Counted from the stretch's first letter, positions 47,124 to 57,687 are shown. The stretch: DNA of 64,000 nucleotides from an uncultured Haloferula sp. (GCA_965652295.1 CBFGTS010000001.1:384001-448000), one strand, 5' to 3'. Notes: a model not told the origin generated them from the letters alone. Program-made: numbers and translations.

Positions 47124-47831
47124 ATGGATTCCAGCACGCCTCCTCCTTCTCCGCCTCCGGTTCCCGTGGCACCCCAACGTTCGGGCTTGGCCTTGGCGAG
47201 CCTGCTTTGCGGGATCGGAGGACTCTTGACCTGCGGAATCAGTTCGCTGGTCGGGGTGATCTTGGGTCACCTGGCACTTTCGGATATCAAGAAGACGGGG
47301 AAAGAAGGCAAGGGTCTTGCCGTGGGCGGACTGGTGACGAGCTATGTGCTGATGATGCTGGTGGGCGTCGCGGCGTTGGCGGGGCTTTCCGCTCCAATGG
47401 TGCTGAGGCAAAGGCATGCGGCGGACAGGACGCAGATGATTTCCAACATGAAGCAGATCTCGCTCTATCTGCTCGAATTCGATCAGGAATTCGGAGCGTA
47501 CCCAAATCGGCAGACCAAGCAGGCAGTGCAGGAGGCGACTGAAATCGAGTTGTCCCTCGCGGGGATCGAGCCGTTCGAGCAACTCGAAGCCTTTGGAGCG
47601 GTCGGCTTGCAGGAGATGCTCAAGGTGCCGAAGTCGGCTACGGGCGATTGGATTTACTATACCTATGAAGGATCGGCACCGCCGCCTGACCAACCGGTGC
47701 TGGTTTCTCCTGCGGTAGGCCGGAAACGGCTCATTCTCCGGGGAGATGCCTCGGTCGAGGTGGTTCCCAGCGATGTGGGTCTGCCGGCGTCCGAGGGCGA
47801 TATGGAAGCGATTCCAGCGCCCAGGGGGTAG
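47124..47831 (+). CDS. DUF4190-domain membrane protein
   Basis: PPP..SGLALASLLCGI..GVILGHLALSDIKK..GKGLAVGGL, followed by pilin-like ISNMKQI. Confidence 0.8.
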   Translation: MDSSTPPPSPPPVPVAPQRSGLALASLLCGIGGLLTCGISSLVGVILGHLALSDIKKTGKEGKGLAVGGLVTSYVLMMLVGVAALAGLSAPMVLRQRHAADRTQMISNMKQISLYLLEFDQEFGAYPNRQTKQAVQEATEIELSLAGIEPFEQLEAFGAVGLQEMLKVPKSATGDWIYYTYEGSAPPPDQPVLVSPAVGRKRLILRGDASVEVVPSDVGLPASEGDMEAIPAPRG

Positions 47832-47858
47832 GCGGCGCCGGATGGAAACCCACTCTCC

Positions 47859-48842
47859 TCAACCCATCCATTTCCAAGGCTCCGCGTGCCAGCGGTAGCC
47901 GGGTTCGGCGTGGACGATGTGGCCGAGGCCGGGCCAGGGGAGGTGGAATCCGTAGCAGCGGGTGCGTTTTCCAGCAGCCTCTGACCAGAAACGCTTGCGG
48001 GTGGCGATGGCGGTTTGCGGGTCGTGGTCGAAGGCGATGGTCCATTCGGGATCGGCGAACATCAGCAGGTGATGGTGGGCGAGGTCCATCAGGTGGAGGA
48101 GTTCGTCGTTTCCGGAACGGATGCGGAAACAGGCGTGGCCATCGGTGTGGCCGGGAGCGGCATGGACGGTGACAAGGCCGTCGAAAAGAGTCTCACCGTC
48201 TTTCACCGTCCGGGTGTTCGGGGCGAGGATGTTGAAGTTCCCTCGCGCCTCTTCGATCATCCCGGGGATCGGGCGTTTGTCGCGCTTGGACTTGGAAAAA
48301 TCCGGCTGCTTGCCGCGCCAGAAGGCGAGTTCCTCGGGCAGCAGATGGAAGGTGGCGTTGGGAAAGGCCGGTTGGCCGTTGTCGACGAAGCCGTTCAGGT
48401 GGTCGGCGTGAGCGTGGCTGAGGAAACCGGCCGTGACGTGGTCGGGGGTGATGCCGATCTGCCGGAGGCCCGCTTGCAGCCAGCCGAGGCGCGGATTGTC
48501 GCTGCGTCCGAACCCGGCGTCGAAGAGGACGATGTCCTTTCCGCGGCGGAGGACGAGGACGTTGACGTAGAGTGGCAGGGCACCGGTGGGCTCACCGTGG
48601 GTTTCCATCACTTGCTTCATCCGCGGATGCGCTTCGCGCGGCCACATGAGGTCGAGACCTTCGCCCAGTTCGAGGTTGGCGTCGGAAATCGACCACGCTT
48701 CCACCTCACCGATGCGGAAAGGGTAGACGAACGGCCGGGCGGGAGCGCTGGCGGGGACTTCCGCAGCGGATACCCGTGCGCCGAAGGCGGCGGCGAGGGT
48801 GACGGCGGAGGTTCCGAGGAAGGTGCGGCGGGAGGCGTGCAT
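47859..48842 (-). CDS. Tat-exported MBL-fold metallo-hydrolase
   Basis: SRRTFLG Tat motif; SHAHADH, APGHTDGH, DLAH, GFHLPWPGLG. Confidence 0.9.
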   Translation of the reverse strand: MHASRRTFLGTSAVTLAAAFGARVSAAEVPASAPARPFVYPFRIGEVEAWSISDANLELGEGLDLMWPREAHPRMKQVMETHGEPTGALPLYVNVLVLRRGKDIVLFDAGFGRSDNPRLGWLQAGLRQIGITPDHVTAGFLSHAHADHLNGFVDNGQPAFPNATFHLLPEELAFWRGKQPDFSKSKRDKRPIPGMIEEARGNFNILAPNTRTVKDGETLFDGLVTVHAAPGHTDGHACFRIRSGNDELLHLMDLAHHHLLMFADPEWTIAFDHDPQTAIATRKRFWSEAAGKRTRCYGFHLPWPGLGHIVHAEPGYRWHAEPWKWMG

Positions 48843-48872
48843 GATGGATGAACGCGGCTGGAAGCCGCGGGT

Positions 48873-49229
48873 TTACTTCGCGATGTAGTCGAAGACGAAG
48901 ACGTCGTCGATGAGGCCGGCGAGCTTCGAGCCGAACTCCTTGTGCGCCGGGTGCGGGAGGTAGGCGTCGAGTCCGGCCTGGTCCTTGAAGGTGAGCTGGA
49001 AGCCGTGGGTGAAGCCCTTGTCCTTCTGTTCCTTGCTGATGTTCGTGCCCCACTCGAAGGCGGTGATGGTGTCGATCTTGTCGGGTAGCTCGGCGAAGGC
49101 TTTCTCGACCATGGCGATCTTTTCCGGCGTGGCCTGGTCGGAAAACTTGAAGAAAACGAGGTGGCGGAGTTCGCCTCCGGCGAGGGTGCTGAGGGTGGTC
49201 ATGAGGAGGGCAAGGAAGACGGTTTTCAT
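48873..49229 (-). CDS. Dabb (stress-responsive alpha/beta barrel) protein
   Basis: LRHLVFFKF, FEWGTN, KGFTH, YLPHPAH, VFDY. Confidence 0.9.
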   Translation of the reverse strand: MKTVFLALLMTTLSTLAGGELRHLVFFKFSDQATPEKIAMVEKAFAELPDKIDTITAFEWGTNISKEQKDKGFTHGFQLTFKDQAGLDAYLPHPAHKEFGSKLAGLIDDVFVFDYIAK

Positions 49230-49329
49230 GGAGCTGGCCATTACGGTTCGTGCCGCGTTTTCATTTCAGGTTCCAAACGGCCTTTGGATTTCCCATGGCA
49301 GGACCGCGCCGGATCGCGATGATGCCTTC

Positions 49330-49719
49330 ATGCAAAAGACGCACAGCAAGACAATCGGCTACCTGCTCTGGATCTTCGGATTCTTCGGTGCGCACCGGTT
49401 CTACTATGGGCGTAAGATTTCAGGAACGATCTGGTTCTTCACCTTCGGCCTGTTCCTCGTCGGCTGGATCGTGGACCTGTTCCTGATTCCTTCGATGGAT
49501 CGCAAGGCGGCGGTGAGGTATCAGGCCGGCCGCTGCGACTACTCGATCGCCTGGATTCTCCAGACCTTCCTGGGCATATTCGGCATCCACCGGTTCTACA
49601 TGGGCAAGGTGATCACCGGGATCATCTGGCTGCTGACCGGCGGGCTTTTCCTGATCGGATATGTCTACGACTACCTGACGCTGAACGAGCAGGTGGATGA
49701 GGTGAACCGGCGGGGATAG
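49330..49719 (+). CDS. TM2/NINE domain protein (two TM2 units)
   Basis: GFFGAHRFYYG and GIFGIHRFYMGK repeats. Confidence 0.88.
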   Translation: MQKTHSKTIGYLLWIFGFFGAHRFYYGRKISGTIWFFTFGLFLVGWIVDLFLIPSMDRKAAVRYQAGRCDYSIAWILQTFLGIFGIHRFYMGKVITGIIWLLTGGLFLIGYVYDYLTLNEQVDEVNRRG

Positions 49720-49791
49720 AATTGGAGCGCTCGTTGTGAAACCGGTATCTTCCGAACCGCCGCTGAGGCCGATTTCATTATCGGTAATCCG

Positions 49792-49827
49792 AAAAAAAGG
49801 CGGCCCCGGAATCGGAGCCGCCTTTTT
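49792..49827. terminator. Bidirectional rho-independent terminator
   Basis: A7-GGCGGC-CCCGGAATCGGA-GCCGCC-T5 between convergent genes. Confidence 0.8.
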
Positions 49828-49846
49828 CGAAATTGAAGCGTCAGCC

Positions 49847-51280
49847 TCAGCCGATGAGCTCGGGCCAGTCTTCGGTGTGGAAGAACTCGCCTTCGGGCTT
49901 GTCGAGGCGCTCGTAGGTGTGGGCGCCGAAGAAGTCGCGCTGGGCTTGCAGCAGGTTCGCGGGCAGGCGCTCGGCACGGTAGCTGTCGTAGTAGGCCAAT
50001 GAGCCGGAGAACGACGGCACCGGGATGCCGTTGACACAGGCGAGGGCGACGACCTTGCGCCAGTTTTGCTGCGACTGGTTGAGGACGTCGGTGAAGAATG
50101 GCGCGAGCATCAGGTTGCTCGGCTTTTCAGCCCCTTCGTAGGCCTCGGTGATGCGGTTGAGGAACTTCGCGCGGATGATGCAGCCGCCGCGCCAGATGCG
50201 GGCGATGGCTCCGAGGTCGAGATCCCAGCCCTTGTCCTCGCCGACCTTGGAAATGAGGTCGAGCCCTTGGGCGTAGGAGACGATCTTGGAGGCGTAGAGG
50301 GCGTCGCGGACCATGCTGACGAGCTCTTCCTTGCTGAGTTCGCCCAGGTCGAAGCCGGTGTTCGAGGGGCCTTGCAGGACCTTCGAGGCGGCGAGGCGCT
50401 GGGTGCGCATGGAGGAAAGGATGCGGGCCTCGACGGAGGAGGCGACGGTCGAAAGCGGCACGGCCTGCTCGACGGCACCCATGACGGTCCAGCGGCCGGT
50501 GCCCTTCTGGCCGGCCTTGTCGACGATGAGATCGACGATGTCCTTGCCGGTCTCCGGGTCCTTCTGCTTGAAGATATTGGCGGTGATTTCGATGAGGAAG
50601 GACTCAAGGTCGCCCGAGTTCCAGTCGGCGAAGATCCCGGCGAGTTCCTCGTTGGAGAAACCCGCGGCCTTGAAGATGTTGTAGGCTTCGCAGATGAGCT
50701 GCATGTCGCCGTACTCGATGCCGTTGTGGACCATCTTGACGAAGTGGCCGGCACCGCCGGGGCCGATGTGGGTCACGCAGGGCACACCGTCCACCTTGGC
50801 GGCGATGCTTTCGAAGATCGGCTTCATGACCTCCCAGGTGCTGGCGGGGCCGCCGGGCATGATGGAGGGGCCTTTGCGGGCACCTTCCTCACCGCCGGAA
50901 ACGCCCGCGCCGATGAAGCGGAGGTCGTGCTCCTTGCACCAGGCGTCGCGGCGCTCGGTGTCGGTGTAGAGCGAGTTGCCGCCGTCGATGATGATGTCGT
51001 CCTTGTCGAGGAGCGGGATGAGGCTCTCGATCACCGCATCGACCGGTCCACCGGCCTTGACCATGATCATGACCTTGCGCGGGGTGGCGAGGGATTGAAC
51101 GAATTCCTCAAGGGACTTCGTGCCGACGATTTTCTTGTCGGGGTGCTCCGCGACGAATGCCTCGGTGACCGAGGTGGTGCGGTTGTAAACGGAGACCTGG
51201 AAACCGCGGGATTCCACGTTCAGGACGAGATTCTGGCCCATGACGGCCAGGCCGATCAGGCCGAAGTCACTGTTGCTCAT
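49847..51280 (-). CDS. gndA: 6-phosphogluconate dehydrogenase (decarboxylating)
   Basis: GLIGLAVMGQN, IIDGGNS, VSGGEEGAR, KMVHNGIEYGDMQ, WRGGCIIR, QAQRDFFGAH. Confidence 0.97.
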   Translation of the reverse strand: MSNSDFGLIGLAVMGQNLVLNVESRGFQVSVYNRTTSVTEAFVAEHPDKKIVGTKSLEEFVQSLATPRKVMIMVKAGGPVDAVIESLIPLLDKDDIIIDGGNSLYTDTERRDAWCKEHDLRFIGAGVSGGEEGARKGPSIMPGGPASTWEVMKPIFESIAAKVDGVPCVTHIGPGGAGHFVKMVHNGIEYGDMQLICEAYNIFKAAGFSNEELAGIFADWNSGDLESFLIEITANIFKQKDPETGKDIVDLIVDKAGQKGTGRWTVMGAVEQAVPLSTVASSVEARILSSMRTQRLAASKVLQGPSNTGFDLGELSKEELVSMVRDALYASKIVSYAQGLDLISKVGEDKGWDLDLGAIARIWRGGCIIRAKFLNRITEAYEGAEKPSNLMLAPFFTDVLNQSQQNWRKVVALACVNGIPVPSFSGSLAYYDSYRAERLPANLLQAQRDFFGAHTYERLDKPEGEFFHTEDWPELIG

Positions 51281-51381
51281 GATAAAAGAGGCTCGGTCGA
51301 GAGCGAGGCTCCTGTAAGGAAGGCGAAAGCTTCACGCAACCCCTAGTTGCCAGCCCGCCATCGATTCCACACACTCCTCAC

Positions 51382-51966
51382 GTGAATCTGCCTAATGCGA
51401 TCACCCTGTCCCGCCTCGTCCTGGCCGCGATCTTCGTCGCAGCCATGAGCTTTCCCGGCTTTGCGGGCTATGGGATCGCGCTGGTGTCGTTCTCGGTCGC
51501 CGCGGCGACGGACTGGCTCGATGGCTATCTGGCGCGGAAAATGGGGTTGGTGACCCCGCTCGGAAAGCTGCTCGACCCGCTGGCGGACAAGATCCTCGTC
51601 TGCGCGGCCTTCGTTTTCATGTCGAAGCTGGGCTTTGCCCCGGTGTGGGTGACCTGCGTGATCATCGGGCGTGAGTTCCTCGTCACCGGCCTGCGTCAGA
51701 TCGCAATTGAGGCGGGGCAGGTGCTGGCGGCGGACCGTTTGGGAAAATGGAAGACGACCTTCCAGCTGACCTTCGTGATCACAGCGCTGGTGTGGCTTTC
51801 GTTTTCGGAAATCGAGGACCGCGGGGTGCTGGCGGACCTGCTTTGGAAACTCGCGGACCCGGCCGGCTGGCTGATGCCCGTCGCGATGTGGGGCGCGCTG
51901 GCACTGACGGCGATCTCCGGTTGGAACTACATGTGGAGCAGCCGGAACCTGTTGAAGGCGGATTAG
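51382..51966 (+). CDS. pgsA: CDP-diacylglycerol--glycerol-3-phosphate 3-phosphatidyltransferase
   Basis: NLPNAIT, TDWLDGYLAR....T.LGKLLDPLADK, REFLVTGLR, GKWKT. Confidence 0.92.
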   Translation: MNLPNAITLSRLVLAAIFVAAMSFPGFAGYGIALVSFSVAAATDWLDGYLARKMGLVTPLGKLLDPLADKILVCAAFVFMSKLGFAPVWVTCVIIGREFLVTGLRQIAIEAGQVLAADRLGKWKTTFQLTFVITALVWLSFSEIEDRGVLADLLWKLADPAGWLMPVAMWGALALTAISGWNYMWSSRNLLKAD

Positions 51967-52016
51967 TTCACCCGTGGTCGCGGGGCCCCTGGCAGGCGGG
52001 GGGATCATGAGTCACG

Positions 52017-53147
52017 ATGAAAGTCCGGATCGAGAACGCGCATCTGATTTCGCCCGGATGGGAGATCCCGGACGGCGAACTGTGGATCGAGGACGGCCGG
52101 ATCGTCGCTGCTTCAACGGATCGGGCGGATGAAATCATCGACGCCGGAGGGCGGATCGTGGTGCCGGGGTTCATCGACATCCACAGCCACGGCGCGGATG
52201 GCCGCGACGTAGGCGATGACGACCTGGAAGCCATCCGCCACATCGCGCGGCGCAAGCTTCAGGAGGGCGTGACGACCTGGCTGCCGACGACGCTGACCCA
52301 GTCGCGCGAAAAGCTGCGGAGCATCGCGGCAAAAGTGGCAGCCTACGCGGCGAGTCCGGATTTCACCCGTTGCCCGGGCCTCCACGTCGAGGGTCCGTTC
52401 ATTTCCCGTGAAATGGCCGGGGCGCAGAATCCGGAGTTCGTGCGCCTTCCAGATGTGGAGGAGCTGCGCGAGCTGCTGGAAACCTGCCCGGTAAGCGTGC
52501 TCTCGTTGGCTCCGGAGCTGCCGGGAGCGCTGGAAATGATCCGCTGGGCGAGCGAGCGGGGAATCGTCTGTTCGGCCGCGCATACCCGGGCCGGCTTCGC
52601 CGACATCGAGGCGGCGCGGCAGGCGGGGTTGCGGCATTTGACCCATTTCGCGAATGCGATGACGCCGCTGCACCACCGCGAGATCGGGGTGGTCGGGGCC
52701 GGCTTGCTCAACGAGGGGCTGATGCTCGAATTCATTCCCGACGGTGTCCACCTGAGCCCGGAGATGCTGCGGTTGCTCGTCAAGGTGGTGCCGATCGAGC
52801 GGCTGATGATGATCACCGATTCGATGGCGGGTTCGTGGATCGGCGAGGGCGAGGTGAAGCTCGGCGGTCTCGACGTGGTGGTGAAAGACGGCACCGCGCG
52901 CCTCAAGGAAGGCGGGGCGCTGGCCGGGTCCGTGCTGCGTTTCAACGAGGGCCTGCGGATCCTGGCGACGACGACTGGATTGCCGCTTTCTCGGCTGGTC
53001 GCGGCGACGTCCTGGAATCAGGCGCGATCGCTCGGCTTGGCTGACTTTGGGAAACTGGAGTCCGGTTTCCATGCCGACCTGGTAATTCTGAACGACGACT
53101 TGTCCGTGTGGAGGACCTTGGTGGGAGGAAAGGTGGCGGTGGAATGA
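52017..53147 (+). CDS. nagA: N-acetylglucosamine-6-phosphate deacetylase
   Basis: PGFIDIHSHG, HVEGPF, LAPE, THFANAM, DGVH, ITDSM, LAGS. Confidence 0.93.
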   Translation: MKVRIENAHLISPGWEIPDGELWIEDGRIVAASTDRADEIIDAGGRIVVPGFIDIHSHGADGRDVGDDDLEAIRHIARRKLQEGVTTWLPTTLTQSREKLRSIAAKVAAYAASPDFTRCPGLHVEGPFISREMAGAQNPEFVRLPDVEELRELLETCPVSVLSLAPELPGALEMIRWASERGIVCSAAHTRAGFADIEAARQAGLRHLTHFANAMTPLHHREIGVVGAGLLNEGLMLEFIPDGVHLSPEMLRLLVKVVPIERLMMITDSMAGSWIGEGEVKLGGLDVVVKDGTARLKEGGALAGSVLRFNEGLRILATTTGLPLSRLVAATSWNQARSLGLADFGKLESGFHADLVILNDDLSVWRTLVGGKVAVE

Positions 53148-53222
53148 CGGCGGCCTGGCGGATGGAATCCGCCGCCACGGAGACTTGCACGCGGGCGCTT
53201 CGCCGCCACACTCCGCCGCGAA

Positions 53223-54722
53223 GTGAATCCCATCCCGATCGAACCGTCGTTCGAGGAGTTCGCGGAGTTGGCCAGGCAGGGCAATGTCGTTCCTGTCTAC
53301 ACCCAGCTCGCCGCGGATTTCGAAACGCCGCTGTCCGCGTACCTCAAGGTGCGCGATGGACGGCATTCGTTCCTCCTGGAGAGTGCCGAGAGCACCGACA
53401 AGAGCGGACGATGGTCGATCCTTGGCAGCGGCCCGCGCCGGGTGATCGAGGCGCGTGGCAAGGAAATCACCATCCGCGAAGGCGAGCACACGACCACCGA
53501 GACCGTGGCCGATGACGTGCTCGCCGCACTGGAACGCCACATGGCACCTTACCAGCCGGTGCTTCACGGCAGCCTGCCGCCCTTTTGCGGAGGGCTCGTC
53601 GGTTACCTCGCCTACGATGCCGTGCGTCAGTTCGAGCCGACCGTTTGCCATCCGCCGCCCGACGCTCTGGGCATCCCGGATGCGGTTTTCGTGCTGGCGG
53701 ACACGCTGATCGTCTTCGACCAGAAGCTCCACCGCGTGCTGGTCATCGCCAACGCGCTGCTCGATGAGCACGACGATCCCGAGGCCGCCTATGTGGCCGC
53801 GCGGGAAAAGATCGCCGCGATGGTGGAAATGCTCGCCCGCCCGCTCCACGTGCCGGCGCTGAACGGTCTCGCCGAGGCCCCGCCGATCGAGGCGGAAAGC
53901 AACACGACGCAGGCTGAATACGAGGACATGGTCCGCCGCGGAAAAGAATACGTGGCCGCCGGGGACGTGTTCCAGTTCGTGCCCAGCCAGCGTTTCAAGA
54001 CACCCTTCGGCCGCTCGCCGGTGGATCTCTACCGCGCGCTGCGCCACGTGAACCCCTCGCCCTACATGTTCGTGCTGGAGCTGGAAGGCTTCGCGCTCGT
54101 CGGCAGCTCGCCTGAGGTCCACGTGCGCTCCGTGGCGGGTCGCATCGATATCCGCCCGATCGCCGGCACCCGCTGGAGGGGCAAGACGCAGGAGGAGGAC
54201 GACGCGCTCGCCGCCGAGCTGTTGGCCGATCCCAAGGAACGCGCCGAGCACCTGATGCTCGTCGATCTCGCCCGCAATGACGTTGGCCGCATCGCCAAAC
54301 ACGGTAGCGTGAAGGTCGATGATTTCATGATCATCGAGCGCTACAGTCACGTCATGCACATCGTCTCGAACGTCACCGGCACGCTCTCTCCCGAGCACAG
54401 CGCGTATGACGTGCTGCGTGCGACCTTTCCCGCCGGCACCGTTTCCGGCGCGCCGAAAATCCGGGCCATGCAGATCCTCGACGAGCTGGAGAAAAACAAG
54501 CGCTGCGCTTACGCCGGCGCGGTCGGCTGGTTCGGCTTCGATGGCTCGCACGATTCCTGCATCACCCTGCGCACCTGCCTTCTCAAGGACGGCCAGGCCT
54601 ACGTGCAGGCGGGTGCCGGGGTCGTCGCGGACTCGGACCCCACCTACGAATACAACGAAACCGTCAACAAGGCGAAGGGCATGCTCCGCGCCATCGCCCT
54701 GGCCCGAACCCTCCAACCCTGA
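53223..54722 (+). CDS. trpE: Anthranilate synthase component I
   Basis: ETPLSAY, FLLES, NPSPYM, PIAGTR, KERAEHLMLVDLARND, FPAGTVSGAPK. Confidence 0.95.
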   Translation: MNPIPIEPSFEEFAELARQGNVVPVYTQLAADFETPLSAYLKVRDGRHSFLLESAESTDKSGRWSILGSGPRRVIEARGKEITIREGEHTTTETVADDVLAALERHMAPYQPVLHGSLPPFCGGLVGYLAYDAVRQFEPTVCHPPPDALGIPDAVFVLADTLIVFDQKLHRVLVIANALLDEHDDPEAAYVAAREKIAAMVEMLARPLHVPALNGLAEAPPIEAESNTTQAEYEDMVRRGKEYVAAGDVFQFVPSQRFKTPFGRSPVDLYRALRHVNPSPYMFVLELEGFALVGSSPEVHVRSVAGRIDIRPIAGTRWRGKTQEEDDALAAELLADPKERAEHLMLVDLARNDVGRIAKHGSVKVDDFMIIERYSHVMHIVSNVTGTLSPEHSAYDVLRATFPAGTVSGAPKIRAMQILDELEKNKRCAYAGAVGWFGFDGSHDSCITLRTCLLKDGQAYVQAGAGVVADSDPTYEYNETVNKAKGMLRAIALARTLQP

Positions 54723-54728
54723 CGGACC

Positions 54729-55292
54729 ATGCTGCTCGTCATCGATAACTACGACTCCTTCACCTACAACCTCGTCCAGTATTTCGGCGAGCTGGGGGTG
54801 GAGATGAAAATCATCCGCAACGACGATGCCACCGTGGAGGAAATCCGCGCGATGAAGCCCACGCGGATCTGCGTTTCCCCCGGCCCCTGCACGCCGAACG
54901 AAGCGGGGGTTTCACTCGATGTCATCCGCGAGTTCGGCAAGGAAATGCCGGTGCTTGGCGTGTGTCTCGGGCATCAATCGATCGGCCAGGTCTACGGTGG
55001 CGAGGTCGTCCGCGCCGACCGCCTGATGCATGGAAAAACCTCACCGATCCTGCACGCCGGCCATAGCGTCTTCGCCGGGCTGCCGAATCCGTTCGAGGCG
55101 ACGCGTTACCACTCGCTCATCGTGAAACGCGACACGCTCCCGGATTGCCTGGAGATCACCGCGTGGACCGCCGAGGGCGAAATCATGGGCCTGCAGCACA
55201 AGGAGTTGCCCGTCCACGGCGTGCAGTTCCACCCCGAATCGATCCTCACCGAGCACGGCAAGACGATGCTGAAGACCTTCCTTGAATTCTGA
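54729..55292 (+). CDS. trpG: Anthranilate/aminodeoxychorismate synthase glutamine amidotransferase component II
   Basis: [32 protein letters not shown]; follows trpE. Confidence 0.92.
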   Translation: MLLVIDNYDSFTYNLVQYFGELGVEMKIIRNDDATVEEIRAMKPTRICVSPGPCTPNEAGVSLDVIREFGKEMPVLGVCLGHQSIGQVYGGEVVRADRLMHGKTSPILHAGHSVFAGLPNPFEATRYHSLIVKRDTLPDCLEITAWTAEGEIMGLQHKELPVHGVQFHPESILTEHGKTMLKTFLEF

Positions 55293-55324
55293 GGCAGGAC
55301 GGGCGTTCCGTCCAACCCCCTCCC

Positions 55325-55828
55325 TCACTCCACGACCGTTACGGCGAGGTCTTCGCCGAGGTTTTCGATCGATTCCGTCAATGCTCCCGGGGCCACGCCG
55401 GCGGGGAGCGAGACGGTGACCATGGCGTGGAAAAGCGGGTGACCTGCCATCGGCGCGCTTTCCAACTGGGTTTGCAGGTCTTCGAGATTCGCACCGACCT
55501 CCGCGACCGCCGCGGAAAGCTGCCTCACGATGCCGGGCCGGTCATTGCCGACCACATCCAGATGCACCAAGTCACGATGGGTGTCCTCGGGAGCGGTTTC
55601 GCGGCTGGTATGGATCGACAACCCTTCCAGGGCCTCAAGAGCGGCGACGAGGTCATCGACTTTTTCGGGAGCGCATTCAACCCGCAGGATACCGGCGAAC
55701 TGCCCCGCCAGCCGGGCCATCCGGCTTTCCAGCCAGTTCCCTCCGTAGTCCGCCACGGTTTCGGAAATCGATTTCACGATGCCGGTGCGGTCGGCCGCGA
55801 GGACCGTCATGACGACGCAGGTTTTCAT
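55325..55828 (-). CDS. ACT-domain glycine cleavage system regulator (GcvR-like)
   Basis: DRTGIV...GGNWLESRM..LAGQFAG and a second ACT unit GNDRPGIV. Confidence 0.85.
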   Translation of the reverse strand: MKTCVVMTVLAADRTGIVKSISETVADYGGNWLESRMARLAGQFAGILRVECAPEKVDDLVAALEALEGLSIHTSRETAPEDTHRDLVHLDVVGNDRPGIVRQLSAAVAEVGANLEDLQTQLESAPMAGHPLFHAMVTVSLPAGVAPGALTESIENLGEDLAVTVVE

Positions 55829-55966
55829 GCCCTCTTATCAACCACACGAGTGTCGGGGATGCGACCCGATTTTGCGCCTGAGCTAGGTTTACATTTAAGA
55901 GAAATTGATAATTGACCTCCTCGGGGTAATGAGTGGATACTGCCGCCAATCGTTTTGAATTTGACC

Positions 55967-56509
55967 ATGATTCTGCCTGATACGCTTGCCCCTCTCCCGG
56001 TGGCGGAGGACGCCGTGAAAGCCGGAGAGACCGAGGACTTCGTTTCGGAATCGGCGATCCGGCAGTTGCTGGTGGGCCCGATGGCCGTTGTCGCGTCGGG
56101 GATGAGAGGAGACGTGGTGGACTTCGCCGGTCGGCCCGATCTCGGAGAGGAGATGCTTTTTTCCATCCCCCGCGAGGCACGCGCGGAGGCCAAGCCCATG
56201 GCTCGCCGCCCGCATCCTGCCTTCGTTCCGGGCGAGCGCCGGGCCGCGCCTCCCGTGCCGCGCAGCCGCGCCGGCAGTGACGCCCGGCCAACGTCGATGA
56301 AGGGGATCGCCGTCGTGATCGGCACCGGCCTTGCGGCATCCATTCTGATGACCTGGGGATGGTTCCTCGCTTTTCCCGAACGGGAGCATGGGGCATTCAC
56401 GATTCCTGCGGTGCGAACGGAGAAGGCGGCGGAGCCCGGGCTCCTCCCCGGCGAAGAGGCGGCAGGCCCCTTGTTGGTCAGACGCCAGTGGGACATTGGC
56501 GCGCCCTGA
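55967..56509 (+). CDS. Hypothetical protein with one TM helix
   Basis: ORF fills the gap upstream of purU; hydrophobic IAVVIGTGLAASILMTWGWFLAF. Confidence 0.55.
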   Translation: MILPDTLAPLPVAEDAVKAGETEDFVSESAIRQLLVGPMAVVASGMRGDVVDFAGRPDLGEEMLFSIPREARAEAKPMARRPHPAFVPGERRAAPPVPRSRAGSDARPTSMKGIAVVIGTGLAASILMTWGWFLAFPEREHGAFTIPAVRTEKAAEPGLLPGEEAAGPLLVRRQWDIGAP

Positions 56510-56549
56510 GCTTGTCTTCGGTGGCGCGGAACGCTTCCGTCCGGGCAGC

Positions 56550-57410
56550 ATGACGCGTCCTGGCCTGATTCTCAAACTCCGCTGCCCCGACCAGCCCGGT
56601 ATCGTGGCCAAGATCTCGGGCTACGTCGCGGGCTATTCGGCGAACCTGATCGAGTTCGCGCAGTTCACCGACAAGCAGAGCGGAAAGTTCTTCTCCCGCC
56701 TGGAGATCGAAACGAGCGGCCTGGAGGTGGAGGTCGATGATTTCATCGAAGGCTTCGGCACCCTCGGCCGCGCCCTGAGGGCGGAGTGGCACTTCCGGCG
56801 GCTGCCCTACAAGATGCGCACCGCGGTGCTGGTCACCCGGACCGACCATTGCCTGAACGAGGTTCTCTGGCGCACGCGTCTCGGCGAGCTGCCAGTCGAG
56901 ATCACCTCGGTCATCGGCAACCGCGACGACTGCCGGCAAATCGCCGAGCAGGCCGGGCTGCCGTTTCATCTGGTGGAGATGGAGGGCGGGGAAAAAGCCT
57001 CCGGCTTCGCCCGGATCCGCTCGATTCTGGAGGAGGAGTCCGTCGAGCTGGTCGTACTCGCCCGTTTCATGCAGATCCTGCCGGACGACTTCTGCCGGGC
57101 GTACGAGGGGCGGATCATCAACATCCATCACAGTTTCCTACCCGCGTTCATCGGAGCGAATCCCTATCGCCAGGCCTACGAGAGGGGGGTGAAATTGATC
57201 GGTGCCACCTGTCACTACGTCACCGCCGATCTCGATGCCGGACCGATCATCGAGCAGCAGGTCGAGCGGGTTCAGCACTTCCACACCCCTCAGGATCTGG
57301 CGCGGCTCGGACGCGATTGCGAGCGGGCGGCCTTGGCGCGAGGCATCCGCTACCACGTCCACGACCGGACGATCATCGACGGTCACCGGGCGATCGTTTT
57401 TCCCGATTGA
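56550..57410 (+). CDS. purU: Formyltetrahydrofolate deformylase
   Basis: CPDQPGIVA, VLARFMQIL, INIHHSFLPAF.GANPY, GVKLIGAT.HYVT..LDAGPII. Confidence 0.95.
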   Translation: MTRPGLILKLRCPDQPGIVAKISGYVAGYSANLIEFAQFTDKQSGKFFSRLEIETSGLEVEVDDFIEGFGTLGRALRAEWHFRRLPYKMRTAVLVTRTDHCLNEVLWRTRLGELPVEITSVIGNRDDCRQIAEQAGLPFHLVEMEGGEKASGFARIRSILEEESVELVVLARFMQILPDDFCRAYEGRIINIHHSFLPAFIGANPYRQAYERGVKLIGATCHYVTADLDAGPIIEQQVERVQHFHTPQDLARLGRDCERAALARGIRYHVHDRTIIDGHRAIVFPD

Positions 57411-57481
57411 GGACGGATCGAATCGAGGGCTTTACAAGACGGCGGGTGCTGCTAAAAACCGCGCCCCGTCAAACGGGTCAC

Positions 57482-57573
57482 GGAGAGATGGCTGAGCTTG
57501 GTTTAAGGCACACGACTCGAAATCGTGCGTAGGGTTAAACCTACCGTGGGTTCGAATCCCACTCTCTCCGCCA
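57482..57573 (+). tRNA. tRNA-Ser (anticodon CGA)
   Basis: Acceptor GGAGAGA/TCTCTCC-G-CCA; anticodon arm CACGA-CT-CGA-AA-TCGTG; long variable arm; T-loop GGTTCGAATCC. Confidence 0.97.
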
Positions 57574-57615
57574 CCGCCCCTGCCCGGCTTGCCCGGGCAG
57601 GGGCGGTGGCGTTTT
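57571..57615 (+). terminator. GC-rich hairpin/terminator after the tRNA
   Basis: CCACCGCCCCTGCCCGG-CTTGC-CCGGGCAGGGGCGGTGG then GTTTT. Confidence 0.65.
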
Positions 57616-57687
57616 GAGGTGGGTGGAGAACGCTGCCGAGCGCAGCGAACGAAACAGGTTTGGGGTGAGGAGCGCAGCGACGAGGAC

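Noticed and set aside
53147..53223. trp attenuator upstream of trpE
   Set aside because: No Trp-rich leader or U-tract terminator; the hairpin resembles the REP-like family
55840..55885. Possible ZTP/one-carbon riboswitch near the gcvR-like gene and purU (CGCCTGAGC)
   Set aside because: The conserved 5' GACTGG/P1 elements are not present
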